Assembly: GCF_009914755.1 (NCBI RefSeq)
Contig: NC_060931.1
Direction: 5' to 3' (one strand)
DNA from: the human T2T-CHM13v2.0 reference genome, Homo sapiens
DNA length: 64,000 nucleotides
Made by a program: the position numbers and the translations under genes. Below are positions 63,181-64,000 of the stretch, piece by piece. Under the pieces are notes generated by a model. That model ran no database searches, was not told the origin of the DNA, and saw nothing but the letters and a program-made list of their open reading frames with translations. The number at the start of each line of letters is the position of its first letter. Position 1 is the stretch's first letter.

Positions 63181-63591
63181 AGATTTGCAGGGTTCCCTGG
63201 AGAGGTTGGGGTCTTCCCTTCATCTCTGGTAGCTTGTTGGAGGTGGTGCTGACGGCCACAGCCTTGGCACCACTCCTCATGTTCTAGCTGTGGTTAGGTT
63301 GAGATTGAGACAGTGAGGCAACAGAGGAGACAAGAAAGTCAACTCCAGTGGCCTTTCCGGGGCCTTGGGAAGCGAGCCCACGCCTGCAGGATGCCATCTG
63401 CAAGCTTGGCTGTGTTATCCAAATTCTTGAGGCTCGTTCAAGAACAAGGAGGTAAACAGAGTCAAGCTAGATATCTGTAGTACTTCCTTATGTGTCTCTG
63501 ATGTGCCTCCTTACCAGCATAAGTAAGTGTGAATGATATACTCCAAGTGGTGTCCTTTGGAAAAGGAAGCTGATTTTGGGAGGGAATTTGA

Positions 63592-63980
<389 letters not shown>

Positions 63981-64000
63981 TTAAAAAGTGTTTCTGCCAT

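Overview
Primate (almost certainly human) genomic DNA from inside AUTS2 on the + strand. The only coding sequence I can support is one 52-nt exon at 2211-2262 ([17 protein letters not shown]+G). From my recall of the AUTS2 protein (...[31 protein letters not shown]...) this is exon 6. The rest is the end of the upstream intron (1-2210) and about 61.7 kb of the downstream intron; I did not see the next exon. The intron carries about 37 Alu copies or fragments (none before ~6.85 kb), old L1M/L2/L3/MIR fragments, DNA-transposon fossils (MER5, MER94, MER20B, Tigger13a-like), two LTR remnants and microsatellites. Nearly all ORFs in the supplied track are Alu/L1-derived or chance ORFs. I found no convincing new biological system. 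The best leads are a complete out-of-frame mini-ORF inside the exon, several homeodomain-motif clusters in unique DNA (one built on a perfect 13-bp palindrome), a 38-bp minisatellite born inside an Alu, an Alu whose tail is a G-quadruplex motif, repeated Alu insertion at the same target site, and close inverted Alu pairs. Repeat subfamily names and boundaries are by-eye calls.
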